In this document: in pieces, positions 17,797-27,552 of the stretch
Layout of the letters: the number at the start of each line of letters is the position of its first letter
Position numbering within the stretch: position 1 is the stretch's first letter
Source of the DNA: an uncultured Gemmatimonadales bacterium
GTDB lineage: Bacteria > Gemmatimonadota > Gemmatimonadetes > Gemmatimonadales > GWC2-71-9
Direction of reading: 5' to 3'
Assembly (NCBI GenBank): GCA_963695555.1
Contig: CAVOGR010000002.1
Location: 416,001-480,000, forward strand
Length of the DNA: 64,000 bases
Program-made: the position numbers and the translations under genes
The notes under the pieces: generated by a model
Databases searched by the model: none
The model's input: the letters and a program-made list of their open reading frames with translations, nothing else
What the model was told of the DNA's origin: nothing

Positions 17797-19112
17797 TGCT
17801 CGAGACCTATCGCCACGCGTTCCAGCGCTTTACCCAAAACGGCGGTGGCTCCCCCGCGTGGCTCCGCCCGCTCCGTGAAGCCGGCCTCGATCGCTTCGTA
17901 CGGGCTGGATTCCCGACGCGAAAGAATGAAGATTGGCGCTTCACCAACGTGCAACCCATCGCGAAGAGGGAGTTCCCGCTGCTGGAACCCCCCGCGACAA
18001 GGCCTACCGTGGAGTCGTTGCGTCCGTATCTCTTCGGACACGAGGACTGGCCCCGGTTGGTGTTCGTCAACGGTCGGCTGTCTCGGGAGTTATCGCACTT
18101 CGACGGTGTGCCCTCCTCCGTCCGGCTGGTGGGCCTGCACGACGCCCTGGAGTCCCACCGCGATCTGGTCGAGCCGCATCTGACCAAGGTGGCCGTCAAC
18201 GCCCCTGGCGCATTCACCGACCTCAACACCGCGTTCATGGGCGATGGTGCGTTCCTGTTTCTGCCGGCCGATGCCGTGGTCGAGCAGCCGATTCACCTGT
18301 TGTTCGTGACGGTGCCGGATGGCACCGAGGGCGCGACCCATCCCCGCACGCTGATCGTTGCGGAGCGGCACGCACAGGCGACGGTGCTCGAGAGCTACGT
18401 GTCGCTCGCGGAGCAGCGGTACCTGACCAACGCGGTCTCCGAACTCGTGCTGGCGGACGGAGCCCGGGTTCACCACTACAAGGTGCAGCAGGAGAGCGAA
18501 GCCGCCTACCACGTCGGCACCATCGAGGCGTACCAGAGCCGGGACAGCCACTTCGAATCGTTTTCGTTTGCCATGGGTGGCGCCCTTTCGCGCACCAATA
18601 TCTACACGGTGCTCGATGGGGAAGGGGCACACACCCAACTGAACGGGCTCTATGTGGGCCACGGCGTCCAGCATCTCGACCACCAGACCCGGATCGAGCA
18701 TGCCAAGCCTGGGTGCACCAGCCGCGAGATCTACAAAGGAATGCTCGACGACCGCTCACACGCGGTCTTCAACGGCAAGGTTTACGTCCGGCCCGAGGCA
18801 CAGCAGACCGACGGCAAGCAGACCAACAGAAACCTCCTGCTCTCGGATACGGCCAAGGTCGACACCAAGCCGCAGCTCGAAATCTTTGCCGACGACGTGA
18901 AGTGTACCCACGGGGCTACGGTGGGCCAGCTCGATGAGTCGGCGCTGTTTTACTGCCGGACGCGCGGGATTCCACTCCCCGAGGCACGGACCTTGGTTAC
19001 CTACGCCTTTGCGGCCGAGGTGATCGAGGAGATCGAGTGCCGGCCGGTGGCAGAACACCTCGAGGCGCTCGTACGGGAGCGGCTCATCCGGGGCAAGGCG
19101 CCCCTCGCGTGA
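17796..19112 (+). CDS. sufD: Fe-S cluster assembly protein SufD
   Basis: FPTRKNEDWRFT, NRNLLLS and KPQLEIFADDVKCTHGATVG; ATG overlaps the sufC stop (TGATG). Confidence 0.96.
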   Translation: MLETYRHAFQRFTQNGGGSPAWLRPLREAGLDRFVRAGFPTRKNEDWRFTNVQPIAKREFPLLEPPATRPTVESLRPYLFGHEDWPRLVFVNGRLSRELSHFDGVPSSVRLVGLHDALESHRDLVEPHLTKVAVNAPGAFTDLNTAFMGDGAFLFLPADAVVEQPIHLLFVTVPDGTEGATHPRTLIVAERHAQATVLESYVSLAEQRYLTNAVSELVLADGARVHHYKVQQESEAAYHVGTIEAYQSRDSHFESFSFAMGGALSRTNIYTVLDGEGAHTQLNGLYVGHGVQHLDHQTRIEHAKPGCTSREIYKGMLDDRSHAVFNGKVYVRPEAQQTDGKQTNRNLLLSDTAKVDTKPQLEIFADDVKCTHGATVGQLDESALFYCRTRGIPLPEARTLVTYAFAAEVIEEIECRPVAEHLEALVRERLIRGKAPLA

Positions 19113-19114
19113 CC

Positions 19115-20374
19115 ATGGCTTCCGAGCCGCTGGCCTCTCCTCGTCTGACGGCGACCGGGTTCGACCCGGCGCGGGTTCGCCGGGACTTTCCGGCGCTGGC
19201 ACTGCGCCCTTACGGCAAGCCGTTGGCCTACCTGGACAATGCGGCGAGCAGCCAGAAGCCTCGGGCAATGATCGACGCCATGACGGCCTACTACGAGACC
19301 AGTCACGCGAACGTTCACCGCGGGCTCCATTACCTGAGCGAACGCGCGACCGCGGCCTACGATGCCGCCCGCGAGAAGGTCCGCGCGTTCTTGAACGCGG
19401 CGGACCAACGCGAAATCATCTTCGTCCGGGGCACGACTGAAGCCATCAACCTGGTCGCCCAGAGCTTCGGGCGCTCGATCGCTGATCCGGGGGACGAGAT
19501 CCTCGTCACGGAGATGGAGCACCATTCGAACATCGTCCCTTGGCAGATGGTCTGCGAGCAGACCGGTGCCACACTCCGGGTCGTGCCCATGACGGACGCC
19601 GGCGAACTCGATCTCGACGCCTTCGACCGACTGCTCTCGCCCAGGACCAAGCTGTTCGCCGTCGTCCACATTTCCAACGCCCTAGGCACCGTCAACCCGA
19701 TCAAAGACATGACGGCAAGAGCCCATGCGGCCGGCGTGCCCGTTCTAGTCGACGGGGCGCAGTCGATGCAGCACGGCCCGGTTGACGTCCAGGACCTCGA
19801 CTGTGACTTCTTCGCCTGCTCCGGCCACAAGATGTTCGGTCCGACCGGAATCGGTGTGTTGTACGGCAAGGCCGACCTGCTGGAACGCATGCCGCCCTAC
19901 CAGGGTGGGGGTGACATGATCGAACAGGTGAGCTTCACGACCACAACCTACGCACGCTTGCCGGCCAAATTCGAGGCGGGAACACCGGCCATTGCCGAGG
20001 CCGTGGGATTGGGTGCGACCATCGATTACCTCGGCGCAATCGACTTCACAGCGCTCGCGGCCTACGAACGGGACCTGCTCCGGTACGCCACCGAGCGTGT
20101 GTCGACGGTACCGGGCGTGCGTTTGATCGGCACCGCCCGGGAGCGTGCCGGTGTCTTGAGCTTCGTCATGGATCCGATCCATCCGCACGATATCGGGACG
20201 GTATTGGACCGCGAAGGCGTCGCCGTGCGTGCCGGCCACCACTGTGCGCAGCCGGTGATGGAGCACTTCGGCGTCCCGGCCACCATCCGGGCCTCATTCG
20301 CGCTCTACAACACGAAGGACGAGGTCGACGCACTGGTCGCCGCTCTTGGCCATGCTCGCGACCTGCTTGCCTGA
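19115..20374 (+). CDS. sufS: cysteine desulfurase SufS
   Basis: YLDNAASSQKP, EHHSN, SGHKMFGPTGIG and RAGHHCAQP. Confidence 0.97.
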   Translation: MASEPLASPRLTATGFDPARVRRDFPALALRPYGKPLAYLDNAASSQKPRAMIDAMTAYYETSHANVHRGLHYLSERATAAYDAAREKVRAFLNAADQREIIFVRGTTEAINLVAQSFGRSIADPGDEILVTEMEHHSNIVPWQMVCEQTGATLRVVPMTDAGELDLDAFDRLLSPRTKLFAVVHISNALGTVNPIKDMTARAHAAGVPVLVDGAQSMQHGPVDVQDLDCDFFACSGHKMFGPTGIGVLYGKADLLERMPPYQGGGDMIEQVSFTTTTYARLPAKFEAGTPAIAEAVGLGATIDYLGAIDFTALAAYERDLLRYATERVSTVPGVRLIGTARERAGVLSFVMDPIHPHDIGTVLDREGVAVRAGHHCAQPVMEHFGVPATIRASFALYNTKDEVDALVAALGHARDLLA

Positions 20375-20826
20375 TGGACGATCTTCACGAGCTCTATCAA
20401 AGCGTCATCCTCGATCACAACCGCTCGCCGAGGAATTTCCGCGAGCTGGAGGATGCCAGCGGCCGAGCGGAAGGGTACAACCCGCTCTGCGGCGATCGGC
20501 TGACCGTCTGGGTGCGGCTGGAGGACGACCACATTGCCGCGGTGACGTTTCACGGGTCGGGTTGCGCCATCTCCAAGGCGTCGGCGTCGATGATGACCGA
20601 GGCGGTGAAAGGGAAGACGGCCGCCGAGGCCAAGGGCCTAGCACAACAGTTTCAGGAATTGGTCACCGGCCGGAGCGATGCCCGAACCGCACGGGCCAGA
20701 CTGGGAAAGCTGGCGGTGTTTTCGGGGGTGTCGGAGTTTCCGGTGCGGGTCAAGTGCGCCAGTCTGTCGTGGCACACGTTGAAAGCGGCGCTCGACCAAA
20801 CGACCGAGCCGGTAACCACCGAATAA
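20374..20826 (+). CDS. sufU: SUF system NifU-family protein SufU
   Basis: LYQSVILDH, NPLCGD, GCAISKAS and RVKCA. Confidence 0.96.
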   Translation: MDDLHELYQSVILDHNRSPRNFRELEDASGRAEGYNPLCGDRLTVWVRLEDDHIAAVTFHGSGCAISKASASMMTEAVKGKTAAEAKGLAQQFQELVTGRSDARTARARLGKLAVFSGVSEFPVRVKCASLSWHTLKAALDQTTEPVTTE

Positions 20827-20858
20827 TCACAATCTCGTTGACAAGGGAGTAACGATTC

Positions 20859-21293
20859 ATGCCGTACGATTCTGCACTAGTGCGCCCCATGCGCGAGGAA
20901 GTCACGCGCCTCGGCGCCCAGGAGCTCCACACTGTGTCCGATGTCGATGGTGTGCTGGCCAACCAGGCCGGCACTGCCCTGGTCTTTGTGAACTCCGTGT
21001 GCGGCTGCGCCGCGGGGAATGCCCGCCCGGCCTTGGCCCAGGCCCTGGCACATCCGGTGCGGCCGAGCGCCGTCTTCACGGTCTTTGCGGGCCAGGACGT
21101 GGACGCGACGGCCAGGGCACGGAGCTACTTCGGCGAGTACCAGCCCAGCTCTCCGTCGATGGCCTTGATGCGGGACGGCGAAGTGGTCTACATGATGCAC
21201 CGCCACATGATCGAGGGACGGGATCCGGAAGCCATCGTGGCAGACCTGACCGCGGCGTTCGAGCAGTACTGCGGCGCGCCGGTCCGGGACTAG
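20859..21293 (+). CDS. BrxA/BrxB family bacilliredoxin (DUF1094)
   Basis: PMREE, VNSVCGCAAGNARP, TVFAGQD, PSSPSMAL and RHMIEGR. Confidence 0.92.
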   Translation: MPYDSALVRPMREEVTRLGAQELHTVSDVDGVLANQAGTALVFVNSVCGCAAGNARPALAQALAHPVRPSAVFTVFAGQDVDATARARSYFGEYQPSSPSMALMRDGEVVYMMHRHMIEGRDPEAIVADLTAAFEQYCGAPVRD

Positions 21294-21301
21294 GCGCCAC
21301 G

Positions 21302-21589
21302 GTGTCTGGCCACGTCTTTCATCCGGGGCACCACGAACTCCACGGCATAACGGTGGTGGTGACGACACACGACAACCGCACACTGGTTGGACGGTTCGAT
21401 CATGAGGACGCCCAGGGAATCCATCTGCTCGACACCGGCATTCACGACCCGGCGACGAGCGCTGCCTCGCGGGAGGACTACCTCCGGCGCACGCTCAAAT
21501 TCGGCGTCAAGCCCGAACATCCGCGTTTGATCGTCCCGGCTGCTCAGGTAACGGCGATCACCCCATTGCGAGAGATCGCTATTTCCTAG
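21302..21589 (+). CDS. hypothetical protein, 95 aa, His-rich N-terminus
   Basis: GTG start 8 nt after the brx stop; MSGHVFHPGHHELHGITVVVTT...; codon usage typical of the genome. Confidence 0.7.
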   Translation: MSGHVFHPGHHELHGITVVVTTHDNRTLVGRFDHEDAQGIHLLDTGIHDPATSAASREDYLRRTLKFGVKPEHPRLIVPAAQVTAITPLREIAIS

Positions 21590-21633
21590 ATCATTGGGCC
21601 CATCGCGTTGTCCGCGCAGCCGCGGGCATCACC

Positions 21634-21669
21634 CCCTCCAATACGGGCGACCGCGATTGGAGGGTCTTT
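21634..21669 (+). terminator. possible intrinsic terminator after the suf-brx cluster
   Basis: CCCTCCAAT...ATTGGAGGG 9-bp stem followed by TCTTT. Confidence 0.4.
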
Positions 21670-21714
21670 GCGTCACCACTTTCCATACCCCGCACGCGCA
21701 AGGAATCGCTCGCC

Positions 21715-22671
21715 ATGCCGGAGAACGTGGTCGAAGTACAGGGGGTCACCAAGCGATTCGCCGGCCACACGGCGGTAAAGGCACTCTCGCTCGCTGTCCC
21801 ACGCGGCGGCGTCTTCGGGCTCCTGGGGCCCAACGGGGCTGGGAAAACGACCACGCTCCGGATGATCGTCGACATCATCCGACCGGACGAGGGACGCATC
21901 GCGCTGTTTGGCGGATCGGGCACCGGACGGGAGCACTCGGGGCGCATCGGCTATCTGCCGGAGGAGCGGGGCCTCTACAAGAAGATGACCGTGGTCGAGC
22001 AACTGGCGTTTCTCGGCGAGATCAAGGGCCTGTCCCGACGCGACGCCCTCACGCGCGCTCGGCAGTGGCTCGAGCGGCTGGGCCTCAACGACTGGGTCGA
22101 CCACAAGGTGGAGGACCTCTCGAAGGGAATGCAACAGAAGGTCCAATTCATCGGCACCTTCCTGCACGACCCCGAGCTGGTCATTCTCGACGAGCCGTTC
22201 AGCGGCCTCGACCCGGTGAATACGCAAGCCATGAAGGACATCGTCGTCGGGCTGGCGCGCGAAGGGCGGACCGTGCTCTTCTCGACCCATATCATGGATC
22301 AGGCGGAACGGATGTGCGATCGGATCGTGATCATCGCCCGCGGCGAGAAGGTGGTGGATGGCGCCCTGGCTGATATCAAGGCGGACTTCGGCCGTCGGTT
22401 CCTGGCTCTCGGTTTCACCCACCACCGGGAACAGGCTGCACGGATTCTGGCCGATCGCTCGCTCATCATGCATGTCGACGATTACGGTGGCACCGCCGAG
22501 GCGCAACTCGCCGCCGGTGTCGCGCCCGACCAAGTGCTTCACGCGATGGTCCAGGCCGGGGTCGGCCTGGCTCGGTTCGAGGTGGTCGAGCCCTCGCTCC
22601 AATCCATTTTCATTGCTAAGGTGGGTCCCGAAGCGGCAAGGGCTCCGGCCTTGGAGGCGGGCAATGCATAA
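21715..22671 (+). CDS. ABC-2 exporter ATP-binding subunit (YhaQ/NatA-like)
   Basis: GPNGAGKTT, GYLPEERGLY, LSKGMQQK and LDEPFSGLD. Confidence 0.93.
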   Translation: MPENVVEVQGVTKRFAGHTAVKALSLAVPRGGVFGLLGPNGAGKTTTLRMIVDIIRPDEGRIALFGGSGTGREHSGRIGYLPEERGLYKKMTVVEQLAFLGEIKGLSRRDALTRARQWLERLGLNDWVDHKVEDLSKGMQQKVQFIGTFLHDPELVILDEPFSGLDPVNTQAMKDIVVGLAREGRTVLFSTHIMDQAERMCDRIVIIARGEKVVDGALADIKADFGRRFLALGFTHHREQAARILADRSLIMHVDDYGGTAEAQLAAGVAPDQVLHAMVQAGVGLARFEVVEPSLQSIFIAKVGPEAARAPALEAGNA

Positions 22672-23977
22672 GCTCTGGGCGGTGATCCGACGCGAGTTCG
22701 TGAGTCGTGTGCGGACCCGGATGTTCGTCATTGGGACGGTGTTGGGGCCGCTCTTGATCTTGTTCTTCATGGTGTTCCCGCTCTTGTTGGAGCGAGGGCA
22801 GCAGAAGGTATCCCGCGTGGTGGTGGTCGATGCCTCCACCGGCGGGCTCGGCGTGCGGGTGGCCGAAGCCTTGCGCGGGGCAACCTTTGCCGGTGGCGCG
22901 GATAGCACGCCTCGGTATCAGGTGACGCGCCTCGCAGCGCCTGTCGAGTATCAGTTGGTGCTCGACTCGCTCGTTGCCCTGACCGATGCCCGCGACGCGG
23001 ACCGGGAAGCGCTCGATGGCGTGGTGCTTGTCACCGACAACGTCATGACGTCGGACACGATCCGCTACCTCGGCAGCAACGCCGGGAGCCCAAGTGACAT
23101 GCGGGCGCTCGAACGGACGTTGCGGCAAGTGGTGATCAACGAGCGATTAGTTCGAGCGGGAGTGGACCCACTCCTTCTGATGAGCACCATTCGGCCGGTT
23201 CACCTCGAAACCGCAAAGGTGACCAAGGGGCAACTCACCGGCTCGAGCGGAGAGGCGTCGTTTCTTCTGGCCTATATCATGGCGTTCGTTCTCTATATCG
23301 CGCTCCTCCTCTACGGCATGCAGGTTATGAGCTCGGTGGTGGAGGAGAAGACGAGCCGCATCAATGAAGTGCTCGTCTCGAGCCTCAAACCCTTCGAGCT
23401 CCTGCTGGGTAAGGTGCTGGGTGTCGGCTCCGCCGGGCTCGTGCAGTTGGGCATCTGGGTCGGCGCCGGGCTCCTGCTCACGCAGAATCGCGTCGCTATC
23501 GCTGCCCGGTTCGGCGTGCCGGCCCCGGACGTGGCCAATCTGCCGATTCCGACCATCTCTCTCGATCTCGTGGTGGTGTTTCTCTTGTTCTTCTTCGTGG
23601 GGTTCTTCCTCTATGCGGCGGCATATGCGGCAGTGGGCGCCATGTGCAGCACCCTTCAAGAGACCCAGCAATCCGCGATGCCCGTGACGCTCATCGTCGC
23701 TGCCGCGTTTATCGCCGCCTTCTCACTGCTGCAGGACCCCAACGGGACACTGGCGCGAGTGCTCAGCCTGGTGCCGCTCACCGCACCAATCATCATCCCG
23801 GTCCGCTACTCGCAAAGCCCCATCGGCATTCCGGAGCTGCTCCTCTCGTTTACCCTGAGCGTGCTCGGGATGCTCGCGGTGGCATGGGTGGCCGGCCGGA
23901 TTTACCGGATCGGCATTCTGGCACATGGCAAGCGCCCGGGCATGAAGGAGTTGATGCGCTGGGTCCGAGCCGGCTAG
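22664..23977 (+). CDS. ABC-2 exporter permease (YhaP/NatB-like)
   Basis: VIRREF, a large extracytoplasmic loop, VVEEKTSRINEVL and multiple TM helices; overlaps the ATPase stop. Confidence 0.9.
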   Translation: MHKLWAVIRREFVSRVRTRMFVIGTVLGPLLILFFMVFPLLLERGQQKVSRVVVVDASTGGLGVRVAEALRGATFAGGADSTPRYQVTRLAAPVEYQLVLDSLVALTDARDADREALDGVVLVTDNVMTSDTIRYLGSNAGSPSDMRALERTLRQVVINERLVRAGVDPLLLMSTIRPVHLETAKVTKGQLTGSSGEASFLLAYIMAFVLYIALLLYGMQVMSSVVEEKTSRINEVLVSSLKPFELLLGKVLGVGSAGLVQLGIWVGAGLLLTQNRVAIAARFGVPAPDVANLPIPTISLDLVVVFLLFFFVGFFLYAAAYAAVGAMCSTLQETQQSAMPVTLIVAAAFIAAFSLLQDPNGTLARVLSLVPLTAPIIIPVRYSQSPIGIPELLLSFTLSVLGMLAVAWVAGRIYRIGILAHGKRPGMKELMRWVRAG

Positions 23978-23984
23978 GCCTGGT

Positions 23985-25793
23985 GTGACGAGAGTCCGGG
24001 CCGCGACGACGGCAGCCGAAGGACGCGGGCATCTCGTCGCGACGCATCTGCTGGTAGCGATCTGTTGCGGTATCCTGACGGGGTCCGCCGAGCTCGCGAT
24101 CATGTGGGTGCGTGAGACGGTATTTGGCCGGATGGCGTTCGGGAGCCGGCACATGCTGTGGATGACGCCCCTTACTTATGCCATGGTGTTCGCGTTTCTG
24201 GGCCTGGGTGTTGCCGCCGCGTCGCTGCGCGCTCCCCGTCTGGTGACTCTTCGGGTCGGCCTGTTCGGCTTTATTGCCTTCGGCGTGTTCTGTTTGTTCC
24301 TCCCCTTTCCGCAGATCCATCGTCTGGCCGCGCTCCTGCTGGCCCTGGGCGTCGCGGTGCAGGCGACGCGGGCACTGACCGCCGTCGGGCGCCGACCAGC
24401 CGTGCTGGTACGCCGCGCCACCCCCTGGCTCTCAGCCCTGGTACTCCTGGCCGCCGCCAGCAAGTTGGGATGGGAAGCGGTGCGCGAACGGCGGGCCTAC
24501 GCCGATCTGCCCGCCGCCGACCAGGCGGCGCCCAGCGTGCTGCTCATCATCTGGGACACGGTGCGGGCGGCCAGCATGAGTCTGTATGGGCATCACCACT
24601 CGACGACACCCACGCTCGAACGCCTGGCCCAAGACGGGGTCGTATTCGACTGGGCGATCGCGACGTCGCCGTGGACCTTGCCGTCGCATGGGACCATGTT
24701 CACCGGTCACTTCCCGCACGAACTCAGCACGGACTGGTTCACCCCACTGGATGGAACGTTCCCTACGCTCGCCGAGGTGCTCCGAGACCACGGCTACGCC
24801 ACCGGCGGCTTCACGGCGAACGGGCGCTACACCGGCTACCGGACCGGGCTCGACCGCGGGTTCGGGATCTACCGGGATTATCGGGTCTCGCGCTCGCAGA
24901 TCCTGTGGAGCACCCAGTTACTGAATAGCCGAGTCGTGCACGATCTGACGTTGAGCCGTTCGCTGGGAGAATTCGTGGCCGCCTTGCGGGCGTTTCAATG
25001 GACCGTTTTCGACACGCCGGGCTACGACACCAAGCACGCCGCCGACGTGAACGACGAGTTCCTCGATTGGCACTCCGGCATCGGCCAACGCCCCTACTTT
25101 GCCTTCCTCAACTACATGGACTCTCACGCCCCCTACTGGTCCAGGCCCTCGGATTTGACGCGGTTTACCGAGGGCACCGACCTCGAAGTCCACTATGACG
25201 CGTCGATCGCCTACCTCGACGCCCAGGTCGGTGCCTTGCTCAGCAAGCTCGGGGACCTCGACAACACCATCGTCGTGATCGCATCGGACCATGGCGAATT
25301 GTTCGGCGAGCACGGCTTGTACGGGCATTCCCAAAGCCTGCACTTCCGGGTGCTGCATGTTCCCCTCGTCGTCCTGTCGCCGGGCCGCGCACCGGTGGGA
25401 ATTCGTATCGATGAGCCCGTGAGCCTGCGAGACCTGCCAGCGACGATCCTGGAAATGGCCGGCGTGTCGGAAGCCACCCGGTTTCCGGGCACCAGCCTGT
25501 CGCGCTACTGGGATGGGTCGGGTGCCAGGGCGGGCGCGCTTCTCTCCGAGGTCCGGCAGGGCCACAACACACCGGATTCGGTACCGATCAGCCGCGGCCC
25601 GATGAAATCGCTGACGGCACGGGGCCTGCACTACATCTTGAACGGCGACGGGCAGGAGGAACTCTACGACTACGTGGCCGACGATGCCGAGACGTCCAAC
25701 CTCTTGAATGCTCCGGACAGTGTGGCGACGGGCTCAGACCTGCCCTGGTTTCGCGAGGAGCTGAAACGCATGCTGCGTACCGAGGAGCCGTGA
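23985..25793 (+). CDS. membrane-anchored sulfatase/alkaline-phosphatase-superfamily enzyme with Thr at the nucleophile position
   Basis: About 5 N-terminal TM helices; LIIWDTVRA, SPWTLPSH, NYMDSHAPY, SDHGE and HVPL. Confidence 0.85.
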   Translation: MTRVRAATTAAEGRGHLVATHLLVAICCGILTGSAELAIMWVRETVFGRMAFGSRHMLWMTPLTYAMVFAFLGLGVAAASLRAPRLVTLRVGLFGFIAFGVFCLFLPFPQIHRLAALLLALGVAVQATRALTAVGRRPAVLVRRATPWLSALVLLAAASKLGWEAVRERRAYADLPAADQAAPSVLLIIWDTVRAASMSLYGHHHSTTPTLERLAQDGVVFDWAIATSPWTLPSHGTMFTGHFPHELSTDWFTPLDGTFPTLAEVLRDHGYATGGFTANGRYTGYRTGLDRGFGIYRDYRVSRSQILWSTQLLNSRVVHDLTLSRSLGEFVAALRAFQWTVFDTPGYDTKHAADVNDEFLDWHSGIGQRPYFAFLNYMDSHAPYWSRPSDLTRFTEGTDLEVHYDASIAYLDAQVGALLSKLGDLDNTIVVIASDHGELFGEHGLYGHSQSLHFRVLHVPLVVLSPGRAPVGIRIDEPVSLRDLPATILEMAGVSEATRFPGTSLSRYWDGSGARAGALLSEVRQGHNTPDSVPISRGPMKSLTARGLHYILNGDGQEELYDYVADDAETSNLLNAPDSVATGSDLPWFREELKRMLRTEEP

Positions 25794-27550
25794 GACTGGT
25801 CGGCTCACCACCCTGGATGACATTGCTCGCCCGACGATGGCTCTTCGCCGCGATCCTTACAGGCATCGTCATCCTGGGGCTCGCGGCCGAGTTCATCGCC
25901 CCACCCGGCGCGGACAACGCCTACCTGCTCTACACGGCCGGCCGGGTGCTCGACGGCGCCAAGCTCTACGTCGACATCCTCGAGGTCAACCCGCCCCTCA
26001 TTGTCGCCTTCAATTTTCCGCCGGTTCTGCTCGCCCGGATGACGGGGCTGCCCGACCTGCTGGTTTTTCGGCTTGGGGTCGGCCTGTTGCTCGGCGTTTC
26101 GATTCTCTTGGCACAGGTGGGGCTCCGCTCGATTGTCCAGGGCGGGCTACTCGGCCGACGTGCCTTCACCCTACTCCTGGCCTTCGCCTTGTTCGTCATG
26201 CCGGCCGAGACCTTTGGCGAGCGCGAGCACCTGATGCTCGCACTCGTCCTGCCATACCTCTTCGCGGTCATTGCTCGGGTCATGGGTGGGTCGATTCCGA
26301 CACGGTACGCCCACGTGATCGGCATCCTCGCCGGGTTTGGATTCGCGCTCAAGCCCCACTTCGCGCTGGTCTGGGTGTTGCTCGAGGTGTGGCTCGTGGT
26401 GGTCCGCCGGGTGAGACCGATCGTCCGGCCGGAGAATGGGTGGGTTGCCACCGTGCTCCTGGCCTATGCGGGCTCGGTCCTGTTGCTAACACCCGAGTAC
26501 TTCGATCTCGTGCGCCGTTTCGGCGCCCTGTACCTGGCTTTCTTCCGGGCCTCACTCGTCAAGACGCTCCTGTTCGGGGAACGCTCGCGTCTTCCACTGC
26601 TGGCGCTGCTGGCATACCTCGCCCTGAGAAAGCAGTGCCCGACACCTGCGCTCCTCACCGGGCTGGCGGTCGCGGTCGCGGGTCTCGTGACGGTGGCGAC
26701 CATCCAACAGAAGGGGTGGAACTATCACTTCTACCCGGCCTCGGCCGCGGCACTCCTGCTCCTGAGCACCATGGTGGTGACAGTGCGTCGTCCGGTCATG
26801 TCGCTTGCTCGCCAGATCTACGGTGTGGTCGCCTTCGGTGTGGTGGTGGCCGTAATGACGAGCGCGATGCTGGTGTCCGCCTGGCGCCTGGCCGACCCTC
26901 GCGGCCCTAAGGTGGAGCCGCATCCGGCATATTGGGAGTTGGCCGATCTGGTGAGCCAGCGTGCCCGCGGGGGTCCGATCCTAGTCTTGTCCTGGGCGAT
27001 GGGGTCGGCCTGGCCGCTGACCTACGCCACGGGTGCCCAATGGTCCATGCGATTCCCCAGCCTGTGGATGGTATGGGTGCTCTACGCCGACCAATTCGCG
27101 GAGCCCGGTAGCATCCGGTATCACTCGCCCGCCAACGAGCCCCCGCAGGAGACGTTTCTGCGCGACGCCGTTGCCAGCGACATGGAACGATTCGAGCCCG
27201 AGCTTCTCATCGTGTTCTCCGCGGCCCCGGACTCGCCGGAGAGCGGACTCAGCCGGCTCGATTATCTGGCGTACTTTGCGCGCGACCCGAGAATTGCTCA
27301 GCAGCTTCGATACTATCGGTATCTCAACACGATCGGCGTCCACGATGTGTACCAGCGTGTCGCCGAGGCGGCGCTCGAAGGCCCGCGCCGGCCGCCAGCA
27401 CATGACGTTGGCGCCCCGGCACCCGAGCTGCCTCCTGAGAGGCGGGCCGCGCTGTTCGGCTTTGTCGGAATGTTCCAACTGTTCGTGTTCCTGGTCAGTA
27501 GCATGCTGGCACTCGCCTTCACGTGGCACCGGGGAGCGGGCGAAGCCTAA
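25790..27550 (+). CDS. polytopic membrane protein, predicted GT-C-fold glycosyltransferase (paralog 1)
   Basis: Acidic first loop DNAYLLY...LYVDILEVNPPL, GEREH and ALKPHF motifs; many TM helices and a C-terminal soluble domain. Confidence 0.6.
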   Translation: MRLVGSPPWMTLLARRWLFAAILTGIVILGLAAEFIAPPGADNAYLLYTAGRVLDGAKLYVDILEVNPPLIVAFNFPPVLLARMTGLPDLLVFRLGVGLLLGVSILLAQVGLRSIVQGGLLGRRAFTLLLAFALFVMPAETFGEREHLMLALVLPYLFAVIARVMGGSIPTRYAHVIGILAGFGFALKPHFALVWVLLEVWLVVVRRVRPIVRPENGWVATVLLAYAGSVLLLTPEYFDLVRRFGALYLAFFRASLVKTLLFGERSRLPLLALLAYLALRKQCPTPALLTGLAVAVAGLVTVATIQQKGWNYHFYPASAAALLLLSTMVVTVRRPVMSLARQIYGVVAFGVVVAVMTSAMLVSAWRLADPRGPKVEPHPAYWELADLVSQRARGGPILVLSWAMGSAWPLTYATGAQWSMRFPSLWMVWVLYADQFAEPGSIRYHSPANEPPQETFLRDAVASDMERFEPELLIVFSAAPDSPESGLSRLDYLAYFARDPRIAQQLRYYRYLNTIGVHDVYQRVAEAALEGPRRPPAHDVGAPAPELPPERRAALFGFVGMFQLFVFLVSSMLALAFTWHRGAGEA

Positions 27551-27552
27551 CC

